Shown here: positions 1 through 9,697 of the stretch, in pieces
Position numbering within the stretch: position 1 is the stretch's first letter
Layout: the number at the start of each line of letters is the position of its first letter
Assembly (NCBI GenBank): GCA_034027115.1
Contig: GCA_034027115.1_4703.1
Length of the DNA stretch: 44,537 bases
DNA from: a phage
Reading direction: 5' to 3' (one strand)
Notes under the pieces: model-generated
What the model was told of the DNA's origin: nothing
The model's input: the letters and a program-made list of their open reading frames with translations, nothing else
The model's database searches: none
Program-made: the position numbers and the translations under genes

Positions 1-1
1 A

Positions 2-1273
2 GGTACAGCCAGTTACAACATAGTCAGTAATGTTATAGGGGCAGATTGCCAGCATGTAACTTACAACGGCACTGAAGGGCCAATAGCTCCTTCTAATAAC
101 CTTATCAAGGGGGTGATGGCTAATAACCCTAAGTATGCAGCGGTTGTTGCAGGCAAAGGAAGTACGAACTTAATCTCAGACGTGCTCGTAGGTTACTCAA
201 CTTCTGATGCTAGTCAGGCTCATGGTGTTACCGTAGAAGGGTCTGATAACGTCATAAATAATGTGCTTATGTCAGGATGTGATGGTACTAACTCTTTAGG
301 ACAAAGGCAGACTGCTACAATTGCACGCTTTATAGGTACAGCTAATAACAACTATGCGTCTGTATTTCCTAGCTACAGTGCTACAGGCGTTATTACTTTC
401 GAATCCGGCTCTACCCGTAACTTCGTAGAGGTAAAGCACCCTGGCAGGAGAAACGACCTTCTCAGTTCTGCTAGTACTATTGACGGTGCATCTACTATTG
501 ACGGCACTAATAATAGTAACGTAGTACACGCACCTGCCTTAGGGCAGTACATAGGTAGTATGTCAGGTAGGTTCGAATGGCGGATTAAGTCCATGTCACC
601 CCCTTCAGGCGTTCTTACTTCTGCTGATAAGTACAGAATGCTTGGGGATGGTGCTGTATCATTAGCTTTAGGTGGGGGTACTTCTTCTCAAGTTCGCCTA
701 TTTACTTCTGATGGTACTTCTCGGACAGTGTCCCTCACCAACGGTAACGTGCGTCTTTCTACCAGTACAGGCTATTTGCAGTTAGGTGCTAATGCAATGA
801 CCCCAGATAGTACTGGTACATACGCATTAGGTTCCGCCAGTCGAGCATGGTCTGGCGGTTATACTCAAGCAGCATTCACTGTTACATCAGATGCTCGGTG
901 TAAAACAGAACCTCTTACTATCTCAGATGCCTTACTGGATGCTTGGTCTGAAGTTGACTTTGTGCAGTTTAAGTATTTGGATCGTGTTGAGGAGAAGGGT
1001 GCAGACTCAGCTAGATGGCACTTTGGCATCATAGCTCAGCGAGCTAAGGAGGCTTTCGAACGCCACGGTATAGATGCACATCGCTATGGCTTCTTGTGTT
1101 TCGACAGTTGGGATGATGTATACGAGGAAGATGCCAATGGCTCTCGTAAACTGATTACACCAGCAGGTTCCCGCTACGGTATTCGTTACGAGGAAGTACT
1201 GATATTAGAGGCTGCGTTGATGCGGCGGACTATTAAGCGTATGCAGGAAGCACTAGCTTCCTTGCCTAAGTAA
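2..1273 (+). CDS. Tailspike/tail fibre protein, C-terminal portion; ORF is open to the window edge, so the 5' end lies outside. Ends in an intramolecular-chaperone (peptidase S74-like) domain.
   Basis: Frame is open from position 2 with no stop until 1271-1273; the first in-frame ATG at 113 is not the true start. Translation has the S-D-x-R-x-K autocleavage-type motif (TSDARCK) followed by ...WHFGIIAQRAKEAFERHGIDAHRYGFLCFDSWDD, typical of endosialidase/tail-fibre C-terminal chaperone domains. Confidence 0.8.
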   Translation, partial: GTASYNIVSNVIGADCQHVTYNGTEGPIAPSNNLIKGVMANNPKYAAVVAGKGSTNLISDVLVGYSTSDASQAHGVTVEGSDNVINNVLMSGCDGTNSLGQRQTATIARFIGTANNNYASVFPSYSATGVITFESGSTRNFVEVKHPGRRNDLLSSASTIDGASTIDGTNNSNVVHAPALGQYIGSMSGRFEWRIKSMSPPSGVLTSADKYRMLGDGAVSLALGGGTSSQVRLFTSDGTSRTVSLTNGNVRLSTSTGYLQLGANAMTPDSTGTYALGSASRAWSGGYTQAAFTVTSDARCKTEPLTISDALLDAWSEVDFVQFKYLDRVEEKGADSARWHFGIIAQRAKEAFERHGIDAHRYGFLCFDSWDDVYEEDANGSRKLITPAGSRYGIRYEEVLILEAALMRRTIKRMQEALASLPK

Positions 1274-1357
1274 GCAACAGGCAGTGCGTAAGCACTGCTT
1301 TCACGCAACTTTTCTTAAAGGTTATCATGGTGGTAGCCTTTCAGAAAAGGAGGTTAC

Positions 1358-3409
1358 ATGCTTCAAAGACTAGGGGCTTCCTTGGTGAAGTTCAAGAGTA
1401 AACTCGCTGGTGCCATCGAACGTATACTCTCAGACAAGTTAATGGACACTGTAAGCGTTAAAGATTTTGGCGCTAAAGGAGATGGTATCTCAGATGATAC
1501 TGCTGCTTTCAAAGCAGCAATAACTTGTGGCGCATCTCGTGTATTAGTACCTGCTGGTAGGTATGTGATTACTGACACCCTTTCTTTGCCATCTGGGGTC
1601 TGGTTATTGGGTGAGGGTGTTGACTATTGGGATACCTATCGTCCAGACGAGGGTAGGCTTATTAAGTCATGGAGTAAAGGAACGCACCTTGTGTTCACTG
1701 GCAGTGGGCCTAAAAACAAGCAATTTCTTAATATCTCTAATGAACGCCCAACAAAGACAATAAATAAAGTAACCTGCTCTTTTACCGACTTCACCAATAG
1801 TGATGCACAAGCAACAAAACCTGCTACACCACGTAGTATGAGTATTGCTGTATCAGTACAGGCAGGCAGTGGCTTACGCGATCTTCGTATTATGGTAAAC
1901 AATGAAGGTATCTCTGGTTACAATGACTTTGTTTCTACAAACAAGCTAGGTGACAACTGGGATATTGGGTTGCATGTATATGACAGCTCAGATGCTGTAA
2001 TTGATAATGTGCAAGTTGTTGGCTATTGGAGGGTTGCAGGTACACTCTTAACGGAGAACGACGGCTCCATCACAATGCGTGGTAATCCAGAGAAGACACT
2101 ATTTAATAAGTTCTACACTCAAGGTATCAGAGGTTTACTTATTAGGAATAGCCCACAAGTAGATGTAGTATCTCAAGAGTCAGCAACCAAGTTAACCATT
2201 AAAGCGAATGCTACGTCCCGTATATTAGCACAAAATGGTTTTCGAGTAGCAGGTAGTACTACGATACATAGATGGACTAGTGTTACAAGACAAGGAGACA
2301 CTTATGTATTAGATGGCATCACACCTGCGTTACCTTCTGCTTCTGACCTCGGGGTTGTTCATTTCCCATCTATGGGTAACAATTGGTCTGGTACAGTGTT
2401 CAACAATACTGTTGCTGTGTCCTTTGAGCACTCATCCGGTAGCACCTCAAGACAACTAGGACTTCCTGTATCTTTTGCTATGGAGATTGATGGCTTCCCT
2501 TGTCGTAACCTCAAGTTCATAAACTTCAAGGCACAGACTTCTTACGATGAAGGAAATACATTGTTTGGTGATATGCGCGATGCCAAGTTTGTGGCTAGTG
2601 AGTTCGAGAATGGTAGGTTGATTGCGTACGATTTGTCTCAGACCCAAGGGTACACTGGGAATATGCGGTCTGCTGTGTCTGACATGCAGTTTCATTCTAC
2701 TAATATTGAGGGCTTCACACCACGTGATTTCTTCTATGACCTAGGACACTTTCCTACTTCTTACACTGATGGTTCTTTTATCATGAAGCATTGGAGAGAA
2801 AAGGATTTACAGGTACAATGGTATAATGGTAAAGCATTCATCCGTCTACATGAAGATGATGGCCGTGTAACACTTACCAGTAAAGATGGTCTAGATTTGT
2901 ATAACTTTAGTTCTACAAAAGACGTGACGTTCAATGGTCGCAATTTTGTATTCAAAAACGATGTAAGTGAAGACGTATTGAAGTGGTTTGGCGGTTCAGG
3001 GGATATCTCTACGAAAGGCAACATCTCGCCTATGGTAGATGGGACTGCCTCTCTGGGTACAAATTTCTATCGCTGGGGCGCAGTGCATTCAGTAAATGGG
3101 ACGTTACAAACCTCTGACGGTAGGCTAAAGGAGATCCATGATATTAAACAAGAAGAACTTGATGCGGGGATTGCATTATCAGCAAGTCTAATCAAGTACC
3201 GTTGGTATGGAGAAGAAAAGTTCCACTTTGGTTGTATTGCCCAAGAGGTAATGTTAATCATGGAGAAACATAATCTAGACCCATTACAGTATGGAATGGT
3301 GCAGTATGATGAAGAGGCAGACATCTTTAGTGTAAACTATGCTGAATTGAACAGCTTCTGCATCGCAGCTCTGTCTAGGAGGTTGAATGCCATTAATCAA
3401 ATCAGTTAA
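1358..3409 (+). CDS. Tailspike protein (683 aa) with pectate-lyase-like right-handed beta-helix and C-terminal intramolecular chaperone domain; probable capsule/LPS depolymerase.
   Basis: SD AAAGGAGG 7 nt upstream of ATG. N-terminal VKDFGAKGDGISDDTAAFKAAI...VPAGRYVI motif typical of pectate-lyase-fold tailspikes. C-terminal TSDGRLKEIHDIK...FHFGCIAQEV chaperone motif. Confidence 0.85.
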   Translation: MLQRLGASLVKFKSKLAGAIERILSDKLMDTVSVKDFGAKGDGISDDTAAFKAAITCGASRVLVPAGRYVITDTLSLPSGVWLLGEGVDYWDTYRPDEGRLIKSWSKGTHLVFTGSGPKNKQFLNISNERPTKTINKVTCSFTDFTNSDAQATKPATPRSMSIAVSVQAGSGLRDLRIMVNNEGISGYNDFVSTNKLGDNWDIGLHVYDSSDAVIDNVQVVGYWRVAGTLLTENDGSITMRGNPEKTLFNKFYTQGIRGLLIRNSPQVDVVSQESATKLTIKANATSRILAQNGFRVAGSTTIHRWTSVTRQGDTYVLDGITPALPSASDLGVVHFPSMGNNWSGTVFNNTVAVSFEHSSGSTSRQLGLPVSFAMEIDGFPCRNLKFINFKAQTSYDEGNTLFGDMRDAKFVASEFENGRLIAYDLSQTQGYTGNMRSAVSDMQFHSTNIEGFTPRDFFYDLGHFPTSYTDGSFIMKHWREKDLQVQWYNGKAFIRLHEDDGRVTLTSKDGLDLYNFSSTKDVTFNGRNFVFKNDVSEDVLKWFGGSGDISTKGNISPMVDGTASLGTNFYRWGAVHSVNGTLQTSDGRLKEIHDIKQEELDAGIALSASLIKYRWYGEEKFHFGCIAQEVMLIMEKHNLDPLQYGMVQYDEEADIFSVNYAELNSFCIAALSRRLNAINQIS

Positions 3410-3536
3410 GCAAAGTGCTGTACGCCAGAACACAGAAGAGCTTATTCAATCAGGACGTGACCCTAAGCAAGCTTATGCCGTTGCCAAGGATGTACAACGT
3501 CGTGCAATGAAGAAACCTTCTGCATCTTCTGCGTAA
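3387..3536 (+). CDS. Possible small basic protein (49 aa) at the genome right end.
   Basis: ATG 4 nt after GGAGG; overlaps the tailspike 3' end; too short for the ORF track; no recognisable motif. Confidence 0.2.
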   Translation: MPLIKSVKQSAVRQNTEELIQSGRDPKQAYAVAKDVQRRAMKKPSASSA

Positions 3537-3953
3537 GCAGGTTAATGTCTTAGTGTACACAAGGGCAGACCTAGGTTTGCTCTTAGTGTATTTACAATGG
3601 AGGTCTTATGTATATACCTATGGAAGCAATAGTAGGTTGCCTATGCTTGTTGATAGGTTTCGTTATAGGCTTAATAGTAGACCCTTAGTCCTGTACAAGG
3701 ATTAACCAAAGTCAAAATTTTGATATGGTCGTGTGTGAGGTGTCTCGCCCTCGCCCTCGCCGGGTTGCCCCCATAGGGTGGCCTGAGGGGATCCGTCTTC
3801 GACGGGCAGGGCTGATGTACTCCTTGTCTAGTACAAGGGAGGCGGAGGGAACGCCTAGGGATGCCTAGGGAATGTCTTAGTGGTGGACAAGGTGATTGCC
3901 TTAGTGAAGTCTCTTAGTGCATTCCTGAGGCCATTCAGGGCGTTTATGAGGGA

Positions 3954-3983
3954 TTGACAGGGTGGATGGGCGTGGGCTATCTA
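3954..3983 (+). promoter_or_regulatory. Possible host sigma70-type early promoter (TTGACA, 18-nt spacer, TATCTA).
   Basis: Perfect -35 hexamer; weak -10; lies in the genome-end region upstream of the early genes. Confidence 0.3.
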
Positions 3984-4371
3984 TTCGTTTCGCTACGCTT
4001 CACTCACTGCTCCTCACTTCGTTCGTCGCTGCGGTAGCCTGATGTGTACCTTAGGTTATTACTTGATGGATAGCTTAGGTTAGCCTTAGTGGATTACCTT
4101 AGTTAAAGCCTTAGTGCTTCACTTAGTATCAGCTTAGTAGTGTACCTTAGTAAGTATTAGTGTCTTCTCTTAGTGATTGCACATGCAAGCATGTAAGATG
4201 CCATTAGGTCGCGGTCGGTAGACCGCTAAAGAAGGAGAATAGTAATAAGATGCAGTAGGAGGAACACCAGAAACCTAGCCAACCTAGCCTATCCTAGCTC
4301 TGTATCTATTGCTTTTCCTTAGTCTAACACGTTAGACAACCTATCTTATTCTTAGTGATGGTAACTTAGTG

Positions 4372-4400
4372 TTGACAAGATAATCTTAGTGTAATACTAT
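4372..4400 (+). promoter_or_regulatory. Candidate host sigma70-type early promoter (TTGACA, 17-nt spacer, TACTAT).
   Basis: Perfect -35, 17-nt spacing, 4/6 -10 match; about 140 nt upstream of the first early ORF. Confidence 0.4.
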
Positions 4401-4543
4401 GCATCACGTAGGCGGTGCTGAGGCACCTAGTAGCCAGCTAGTAAGGCATACGAAGAGACTAGCGCTTACATTGCTCTTTAACAATTTGCTTAGTGTAACC
4501 TATGTATGCCGTGGTTAATTACTTATTGAATGAGGGATTAACT

Positions 4544-4723
4544 ATGACATTAAACAACCGTGAACTATCCGTTCTCTTCACTCTGTTGTGCTACATGATT
4601 CGTAACAACGAATTGCTTACAGATGACGAGTTGGCACTGTATCACCGCTTTCTTAACGAAGGTTGGACCGATACAGTTAATCAATACCGTAACATGATAG
4701 ATGAGTTGAGGGAGGGTAAATAA
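4544..4723 (+). CDS. Early hypothetical protein (about 59 aa).
   Basis: ATG at 4544 preceded by GAGGGA; the ORF track frame starts at 4502; no recognisable motif. Confidence 0.5.
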   Translation: MTLNNRELSVLFTLLCYMIRNNELLTDDELALYHRFLNEGWTDTVNQYRNMIDELREGK

Positions 4724-4947
4724 TGTATCAACATGAGGTATTCTTTGAATCAGCCAGCGAAGCTATTCGCTTCTTTGAAGATATGCTGCGAAATGGTGTA
4801 GGTGTGCATGTACACCATTTCCTATTAGATTATGATACTGAATATCACAAAGTTACCTTGGTATCTGAGTATGACAATCAGGTCATTAATGAGTATCTGG
4901 GTAGTGAAGATTACGATTACGATGAAGTAATCACGACAAATCTCTAA
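4723..4947 (+). CDS. Early hypothetical acidic protein (74 aa), rich in D/E/Y.
   Basis: GGGAGGG SD; ATG overlaps the upstream stop (TAATG); strongly acidic composition. Confidence 0.55.
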   Translation: MYQHEVFFESASEAIRFFEDMLRNGVGVHVHHFLLDYDTEYHKVTLVSEYDNQVINEYLGSEDYDYDEVITTNL

Positions 4948-4955
4948 ATTAACTG

Positions 4956-4984
4956 TTGACAGCCACGGCATACAAGGTTACATT
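4956..4984 (+). promoter_or_regulatory. Candidate host sigma70-type promoter (TTGACA, 17-nt spacer, TACATT) upstream of ocr.
   Basis: Perfect -35, 17-nt spacer, -10 with T1, A2 and T6 conserved. Confidence 0.45.
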
Positions 4985-5126
4985 AAGCATCAAGACGGCG
5001 ACGTCTTTAAACATCCCGCTCTTTAACAATTTGGATGGTAACTTCTTAGTCTGGATAGGTTAAACCTAGGAGATTCTCTTGAGTCTCCTATAATGTAACC
5101 TAACTAACTAAATGAGGATTAATAAC

Positions 5127-5486
5127 ATGGCTATGTCTAATATGACTTACTCTCAGGTTTACAACACCGCTCATGCTGCATTAGTTGAACGTATCTGGAA
5201 TGATGCTATTGATTGTATTGATAACGCACATGATGCAATCCATGATGTGGCGGATAGTGCTGTACCAATCTATTATGCTGACATCTTCTCCGTGATGGCG
5301 AGTGAAGGAATTGATCATTTCTTCGAAGACTCCGGCCTGATGCCAGACACTAAGGATGTAACGGTAGTCTTGCAAGCCCGTATCTATGAGCAACTCACAA
5401 TTGATCTATGGGAACGTGTTCAGTATATGATTGTTGAATACGTCAACTCCGCCGAATATTTAGAAGAAGAAGAAGAGGAAGAATAA
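5127..5486 (+). CDS. ocr: Ocr-like DNA-mimic anti-restriction protein (T7 gp0.3 family).
   Basis: Translation MAMSNMTY...[34 protein letters not shown]...[14 protein letters not shown]... closely matches T7 Ocr as I recall it; poly-Glu C-terminus; GAGGA SD 8 nt upstream of the ATG at 5127 (the ORF track start at 5112 is an upstream in-frame ATG). Confidence 0.9.
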   Translation: MAMSNMTYSQVYNTAHAALVERIWNDAIDCIDNAHDAIHDVADSAVPIYYADIFSVMASEGIDHFFEDSGLMPDTKDVTVVLQARIYEQLTIDLWERVQYMIVEYVNSAEYLEEEEEEE

Positions 5487-5677
5487 GATGGAAAAGCTAT
5501 ACAACTTTATCTTTTCAGACGGTGTAACCCTGAAGTGTTCCCTACGATTCGCACAAATTCGTGAGGAAGTACTAGGCACTACATACAAACTATTTAGCTG
5601 ACACTATAAGAGAAGGCTTAACAAGGCGTTGCTACGGTAGCGCCTGATTAAACTTTCACTTACTAGGAGTTAAGACT

Positions 5678-5905
5678 ATGGATTTAGATAGCATCATTAT
5701 GGCATTTGCTCTTATTGGCTTAAGCTGGTGCTCCTATCACCTTTACCGTGAGTTCTTATTTGATAAAGCTAAACGCAAACTAAGAAAGGAAGGCGGTAAT
5801 TACCTTTGTGTAAGAGGTGGGCTTGTAGAATACATTGCACCTAACGGCACGGAATGCGCCATTAGCAAAGATGCATTTATAGAAACGTGGCATTACATCA
5901 AGTAA
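5678..5905 (+). CDS. Early small protein with hydrophobic N-terminus (75 aa), hypothetical.
   Basis: AGGAG SD; N-terminal hydrophobic stretch IIMAFALIGLSWCSY; a degenerate phage-promoter-like sequence (ATTTAGCTGACACTATAAGAG, about 5592..5612) lies upstream. Confidence 0.55.
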   Translation: MDLDSIIMAFALIGLSWCSYHLYREFLFDKAKRKLRKEGGNYLCVRGGLVEYIAPNGTECAISKDAFIETWHYIK

Positions 5906-5968
5906 CTAGCCTATAGCCTACCTGAGTGGGCTATGTGATATTTACTTACACTATATAAGTTGACTATT

Positions 5969-6892
5969 ATGACTACTGAAAACATCCTCCTGTCTGTCCG
6001 TGAAGCTGCAACCGCTGAGATTAAGCAGCATTTGGATAATATCGGCACTTCTTACATCAAAGTTGGCGCTTGTCTGAATGAATTACGCGGTGATTTCGAA
6101 GGTCAAAAAGACTTTTTAGCTTATGTAGAATCAGAGTTCGGCATCAAGAAAGCACAATGCTACAAGCTGATGAGTGTAGCCCGTGTCTTTGAAGGAGACG
6201 AACGCTTTAAAGGTGTGGCTATGCGTGTAATGCTGGCGCTTGTTCCTTTCGCTGATGAAAATATAATCATGGAGAAGGCAGCAGAACTCGCCGCAGATGG
6301 CAAGCTGGACACTAACGCCGTAAACGCCCTGATTGATCCTAAGAAAGAGACAAAGGCCGAGACGGTACAATCTAAGGTTGAGTCGGTAAAACCGCAGGAG
6401 AACGCGACTGAGGCCGCAGAAACTATGCAAGGACATGCAACCTTTGAGGATTTCATATTAGAGAAGGCGAAAGAGGAATTACAAAGTGTGCCGCCAGCAA
6501 GTGAGTCTGGTAACGACGAATCCGCACCGTGGGAAGACAAAAGCAAGCAGGAAGACACAAAGGCAGCGCCACGGGATAACACGGCTAACACCGAGAGTAC
6601 CGCTATTGCTGGCCTTCTGGCACAAATTAAAGCACTGACCGAGCAATTACAGGCAGCTAATGACCGCATTGCCTCCTTAAGCAGCGCACGCGAAAGCAAG
6701 AAAGCAGCCGCTCCTATGCTGCCGCAATTCAAATCTTCCTGCTTCTATGCTCGCTTAGGTTTAAGCGCTGAGGAGGCAACGAAGAAAACAGCAGTTAACA
6801 AGGCACGCCGCGAACTGGTTAAGCTAGGCTACGGCGAAGGCCATGAAGCATGGCCCTTAATCTCTGAGGCAGTAGAAGAATTAACTAAGTAA
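5969..6892 (+). CDS. Early protein of unknown function (about 307 aa) immediately upstream of the RNAP gene; N-terminal helix-rich domain, acidic low-complexity middle, coiled-coil C-terminal part.
   Basis: Long ORF with consistent coding composition; start ambiguous (TTG 5960 or ATG 5969); no kinase motifs despite occupying the slot of T7 gene 0.7. Confidence 0.65.
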   Translation: MTTENILLSVREAATAEIKQHLDNIGTSYIKVGACLNELRGDFEGQKDFLAYVESEFGIKKAQCYKLMSVARVFEGDERFKGVAMRVMLALVPFADENIIMEKAAELAADGKLDTNAVNALIDPKKETKAETVQSKVESVKPQENATEAAETMQGHATFEDFILEKAKEELQSVPPASESGNDESAPWEDKSKQEDTKAAPRDNTANTESTAIAGLLAQIKALTEQLQAANDRIASLSSARESKKAAAPMLPQFKSSCFYARLGLSAEEATKKTAVNKARRELVKLGYGEGHEAWPLISEAVEELTK

Positions 6893-6955
6893 CCTTATCG
6901 GTGGCATCTTCTTAGGCGTCACCTATTAAGGTTTCTTTCACTAGGAGTAAACAAG

Positions 6956-9583
6956 ATGCAAGACCTACACGCTATTCAACTTCAACTTGAAGAAGAAATG
7001 TTTAACGGCGGTATCCGTCGCTTTGAAGCGGACCAACAACGCCAGATTGCATCCGGTAATGAATCAGACACGGCATGGAATCGCCGCTTATTGTCCGAGT
7101 TAATCGCGCCAATGGCTGAAGGTATTCAGGCATACAAGGAAGAGTATGAAGGTAAAAGAGGCCGTGCACCGCGTGCATTAGCTTTCATTAACTGCGTAGA
7201 AAACGAAGTGGCAGCATATATCACGATGAAAATCGTTATGGATATGCTGAACACGGATGTAACCTTGCAGGCTATAGCCATGAATGTAGCTGACCGCATT
7301 GAGGACCAAGTACGTTTTAGCAAGCTGGAAGGTCACGCCGCCAAATACTTTGAGAAAGTTAAGAAGTCACTTAAGGCAAGTAAGACTAAATCATATCGCC
7401 ATGCGCACAACGTAGCGGTCGTGGCTGAGAAGTCAGTAGCTGACCGTGACGCTGATTTCTCTCGCTGGGAGGCGTGGCCTAAAGGTACCTTGCTACAAAT
7501 TGGTATGACCTTGCTAGAAATACTGGAAAATAGTGTATTCTTCAATGGTCAGCCTGTCTTTCTTCGCACCTTGCGCACTAATGGTGACAAGCATGGCGTT
7601 TACTACTTACAGACTAGCGAACACGTGGGTGAATGGATAACTGCATTTAAAGAGCACGTAGCTCAGCTGAGTCCAGCCTATGCACCTTGCGTTATTCCTC
7701 CGCGTCCGTGGGTTTCTCCGTTTAATGGTGGCTTTCACACCGAGAAGGTGGCAAGTCGCATCCGTCTAGTAAAAGGTAACCGTGAGCACGTCCGTAAGCT
7801 GACTAAAAAGCAAATGCCAGCGGTTTATAAGGCTGTTAATGCATTGCAAGCCACTAAGTGGCAGGTTAACAAGGAAGTATTGCAGGTAGTAGAAGATGTT
7901 ATTCGTCTAGACCTCGGTTATGGTGTACCTTCCTTTAAGCCGCTCATTGACCGCGAGAACAAACCAGCTAACCCTGTTCCTCTTGAGTTCCAACACCTGC
8001 GAGGCCGTGAACTGAAAGAGATGCTAACACCGGAGCAATGGCAGGCCTTCATTAACTGGAAGGGTGAATGTACTAAACTGTATACCGCTGAGACTAAGCG
8101 CGGCAGCAAGTCGGCGGCGACCGTCCGCATGGTAGGACAGGCCCGTAAATACAGCCAGTTTGACGCTATTTATTTTGTATATGCACTGGATAGCCGTTCA
8201 CGCGTTTATGCGCAATCTAGCACGCTCTCGCCGCAATCAAACGACTTAGGCAAGGCATTGCTCCGTTTTACCGAAGGGCAGCGTCTTGATAGCGCTGAGG
8301 CGCTTAAGTGGTTTTTGGTGAACGGGGCGAATAACTGGGGTTGGGATAAGAAAACTTTTGACGTGCGCACCTCTAACGTGCTGGATGGCGAATTTCAAGA
8401 CATGTGCCGCGACATTGCAGCCGATCCGCTGACCTTCACTCAATGGGTAAATGCTGATTCCCCTTACGGCTTCCTTGCATGGTGCTTTGAATATGCGCGT
8501 TATCTGGATGCACTGGATGAAGGCACGCAAGACCAATTCATGACGCACCTACCCGTCCATCAAGACGGTAGTTGCTCTGGTATCCAGCACTATAGCGCGA
8601 TGTTACGCGATGAAGTAGGTGCGAAAGCAGTAAACCTTAAGCCTTCTGACTTCCCTCAAGATATTTATGGCGCGGTTGCGCAGGTTGTTATCCAGAAGAA
8701 TTACGCCTACATGAATGCAGACGATGCAGAGACTTTCACATCTGGAAGCGTCACACTTACAGGTGCAGAACTGCGTAGCATGGCTAGCGCATGGGGTATG
8801 ATAGGTATCACTCGCGGCTTAACCAAAAAGCCGGTAATGACCTTGCCTTACGGCTCCACCCGCTTAACCTGCCGTGAGTCAGTGATTGATTATATCGTTG
8901 ATTTGGAAGAAAAAGAGGCCCAACGAGCTATTGCAGAAGGGCGGACGGCGAATCCTGTTCACCCTTTTGATAATGACCGCAAAGATTACCTGACACCGGG
9001 CGCAGCTTACAACTATATGACTGCTTTAATTTGGCCTTCTATCTCTGAGGTTGTTAAAGCTCCTATAGTGGCGATGAAAATGATTCGCCAGCTTGCACGA
9101 TTCGCAGCTAAAAGAAACGAAGGGTTAGAGTACACCTTACCTACTGGTTTCATCTTGCAACAAAAGATAATGGCTACCGACATGCTACGCGTATCCACTT
9201 GCTTGATGGGTGAAATCAAGATGAGTCTACAGATTGAGACTGATGTAGTGGATGAAACGGCTATGATGGGCGCTGCTGCTCCTAACTTTGTTCACGGGCA
9301 TGATGCTAGTCATCTCATCCTGACTGTATGTGACCTCGTTGACAAGGGCATTACATCCATCGCAGTCATCCATGATTCTTTCGGTACTCACGCAGGCCGT
9401 ACAGCCGATCTACGTGATAGTCTAAGGGCAGAAATGGTGAAGATGTATCAAGGCCGTAATGCCCTGCAAAGCCTGTTAGATGAGCATGAAGAACGCTGGT
9501 TAGTAGACACCGGAATCCAAGTGCCAGAGCAAGGAGAGTTTGACCTTAACGAAATCTTAGTATCTGACTATTGCTTCGCATAA
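6956..9583 (+). CDS. Single-subunit DNA-dependent RNA polymerase, SP6-type (875 aa).
   Basis: N-terminus [32 protein letters not shown]... and long stretches ([81 protein letters not shown]) match SP6 RNAP as I recall it; AGGAG SD. Confidence 0.97.
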   Translation: MQDLHAIQLQLEEEMFNGGIRRFEADQQRQIASGNESDTAWNRRLLSELIAPMAEGIQAYKEEYEGKRGRAPRALAFINCVENEVAAYITMKIVMDMLNTDVTLQAIAMNVADRIEDQVRFSKLEGHAAKYFEKVKKSLKASKTKSYRHAHNVAVVAEKSVADRDADFSRWEAWPKGTLLQIGMTLLEILENSVFFNGQPVFLRTLRTNGDKHGVYYLQTSEHVGEWITAFKEHVAQLSPAYAPCVIPPRPWVSPFNGGFHTEKVASRIRLVKGNREHVRKLTKKQMPAVYKAVNALQATKWQVNKEVLQVVEDVIRLDLGYGVPSFKPLIDRENKPANPVPLEFQHLRGRELKEMLTPEQWQAFINWKGECTKLYTAETKRGSKSAATVRMVGQARKYSQFDAIYFVYALDSRSRVYAQSSTLSPQSNDLGKALLRFTEGQRLDSAEALKWFLVNGANNWGWDKKTFDVRTSNVLDGEFQDMCRDIAADPLTFTQWVNADSPYGFLAWCFEYARYLDALDEGTQDQFMTHLPVHQDGSCSGIQHYSAMLRDEVGAKAVNLKPSDFPQDIYGAVAQVVIQKNYAYMNADDAETFTSGSVTLTGAELRSMASAWGMIGITRGLTKKPVMTLPYGSTRLTCRESVIDYIVDLEEKEAQRAIAEGRTANPVHPFDNDRKDYLTPGAAYNYMTALIWPSISEVVKAPIVAMKMIRQLARFAAKRNEGLEYTLPTGFILQQKIMATDMLRVSTCLMGEIKMSLQIETDVVDETAMMGAAAPNFVHGHDASHLILTVCDLVDKGITSIAVIHDSFGTHAGRTADLRDSLRAEMVKMYQGRNALQSLLDEHEERWLVDTGIQVPEQGEFDLNEILVSDYCFA

Positions 9584-9591
9584 TATTAATA

Positions 9592-9622
9592 GGCCATTCC
9601 TTCGGGAGTGGCCTTTTCTTTT
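9592..9622 (+). terminator. Rho-independent-type terminator with UUCG tetraloop just downstream of the RNAP gene.
   Basis: GGCCATTCC-TTCG-GGAGTGGCC (9-bp stem, one G-U pair) followed by TTTTCTTTT. Confidence 0.6.
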
Positions 9623-9656
9623 ACCTACTACCGGTAACATTTCATTAACATAAAGT

Positions 9657-9672
9657 GTCTCACATGTGAGAC
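9657..9672. repeat. Copy 1 of conserved 16-bp perfect palindrome GTCTCACATGTGAGAC.
   Basis: Exact sequence read; immediately upstream of a phage promoter. Confidence 0.9.
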
Positions 9673-9674
9673 TT

Positions 9675-9697
9675 ATTTACCGGACACTATAGGATAG
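9675..9697 (+). promoter_or_regulatory. Phage RNAP promoter (ATTTACCGGACACTATAGGATAG).
   Basis: Matches the window's own consensus and the SP6-type CACTATAG core. Confidence 0.6.

Larger units (their letters stand above)
3872..4500. repeat. Noncoding genome-end region with many dispersed copies of the short motif CTTAGTG/CCTTAGT; candidate terminal-repeat-proximal repeat array.
   Basis: Read directly: gtCTTAGTGgtg, gCCTTAGTGaag, ctCTTAGTGcat, aCCTTAGgtt, gCCTTAGTGgat, aCCTTAGTTaaa, gCCTTAGTGctt, aCTTAGTat, aCCTTAGTaag, tCTTAGTGatt, tCTTAGTGtaa, gCTTAGTGtaa. No ORF of 60 aa or more in 3540..4500. Confidence 0.5.

Noticed and set aside
3735-3850. GC-rich segment with CCCTCG triplet as a possible CRISPR array or tRNA
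   Set aside because: Only three short tandem units without spacers of regular length; no cloverleaf-compatible structure evident; more consistent with a terminal-repeat or packaging-region element.
5940-5959. Degenerate promoter-like ATTTACTTACACTATATAAG just before the 5969 start
   Set aside because: Two core mismatches and almost no leader before the ATG; could be a weak promoter but is not listed as a feature.
6160-6732. 190-aa minus-strand ORF (and the 101-aa ORF at 6131..6436)
   Set aside because: Antisense to the early gene 5969..6892; Ser/Ala/Cys-rich low-complexity translation, no RBS.
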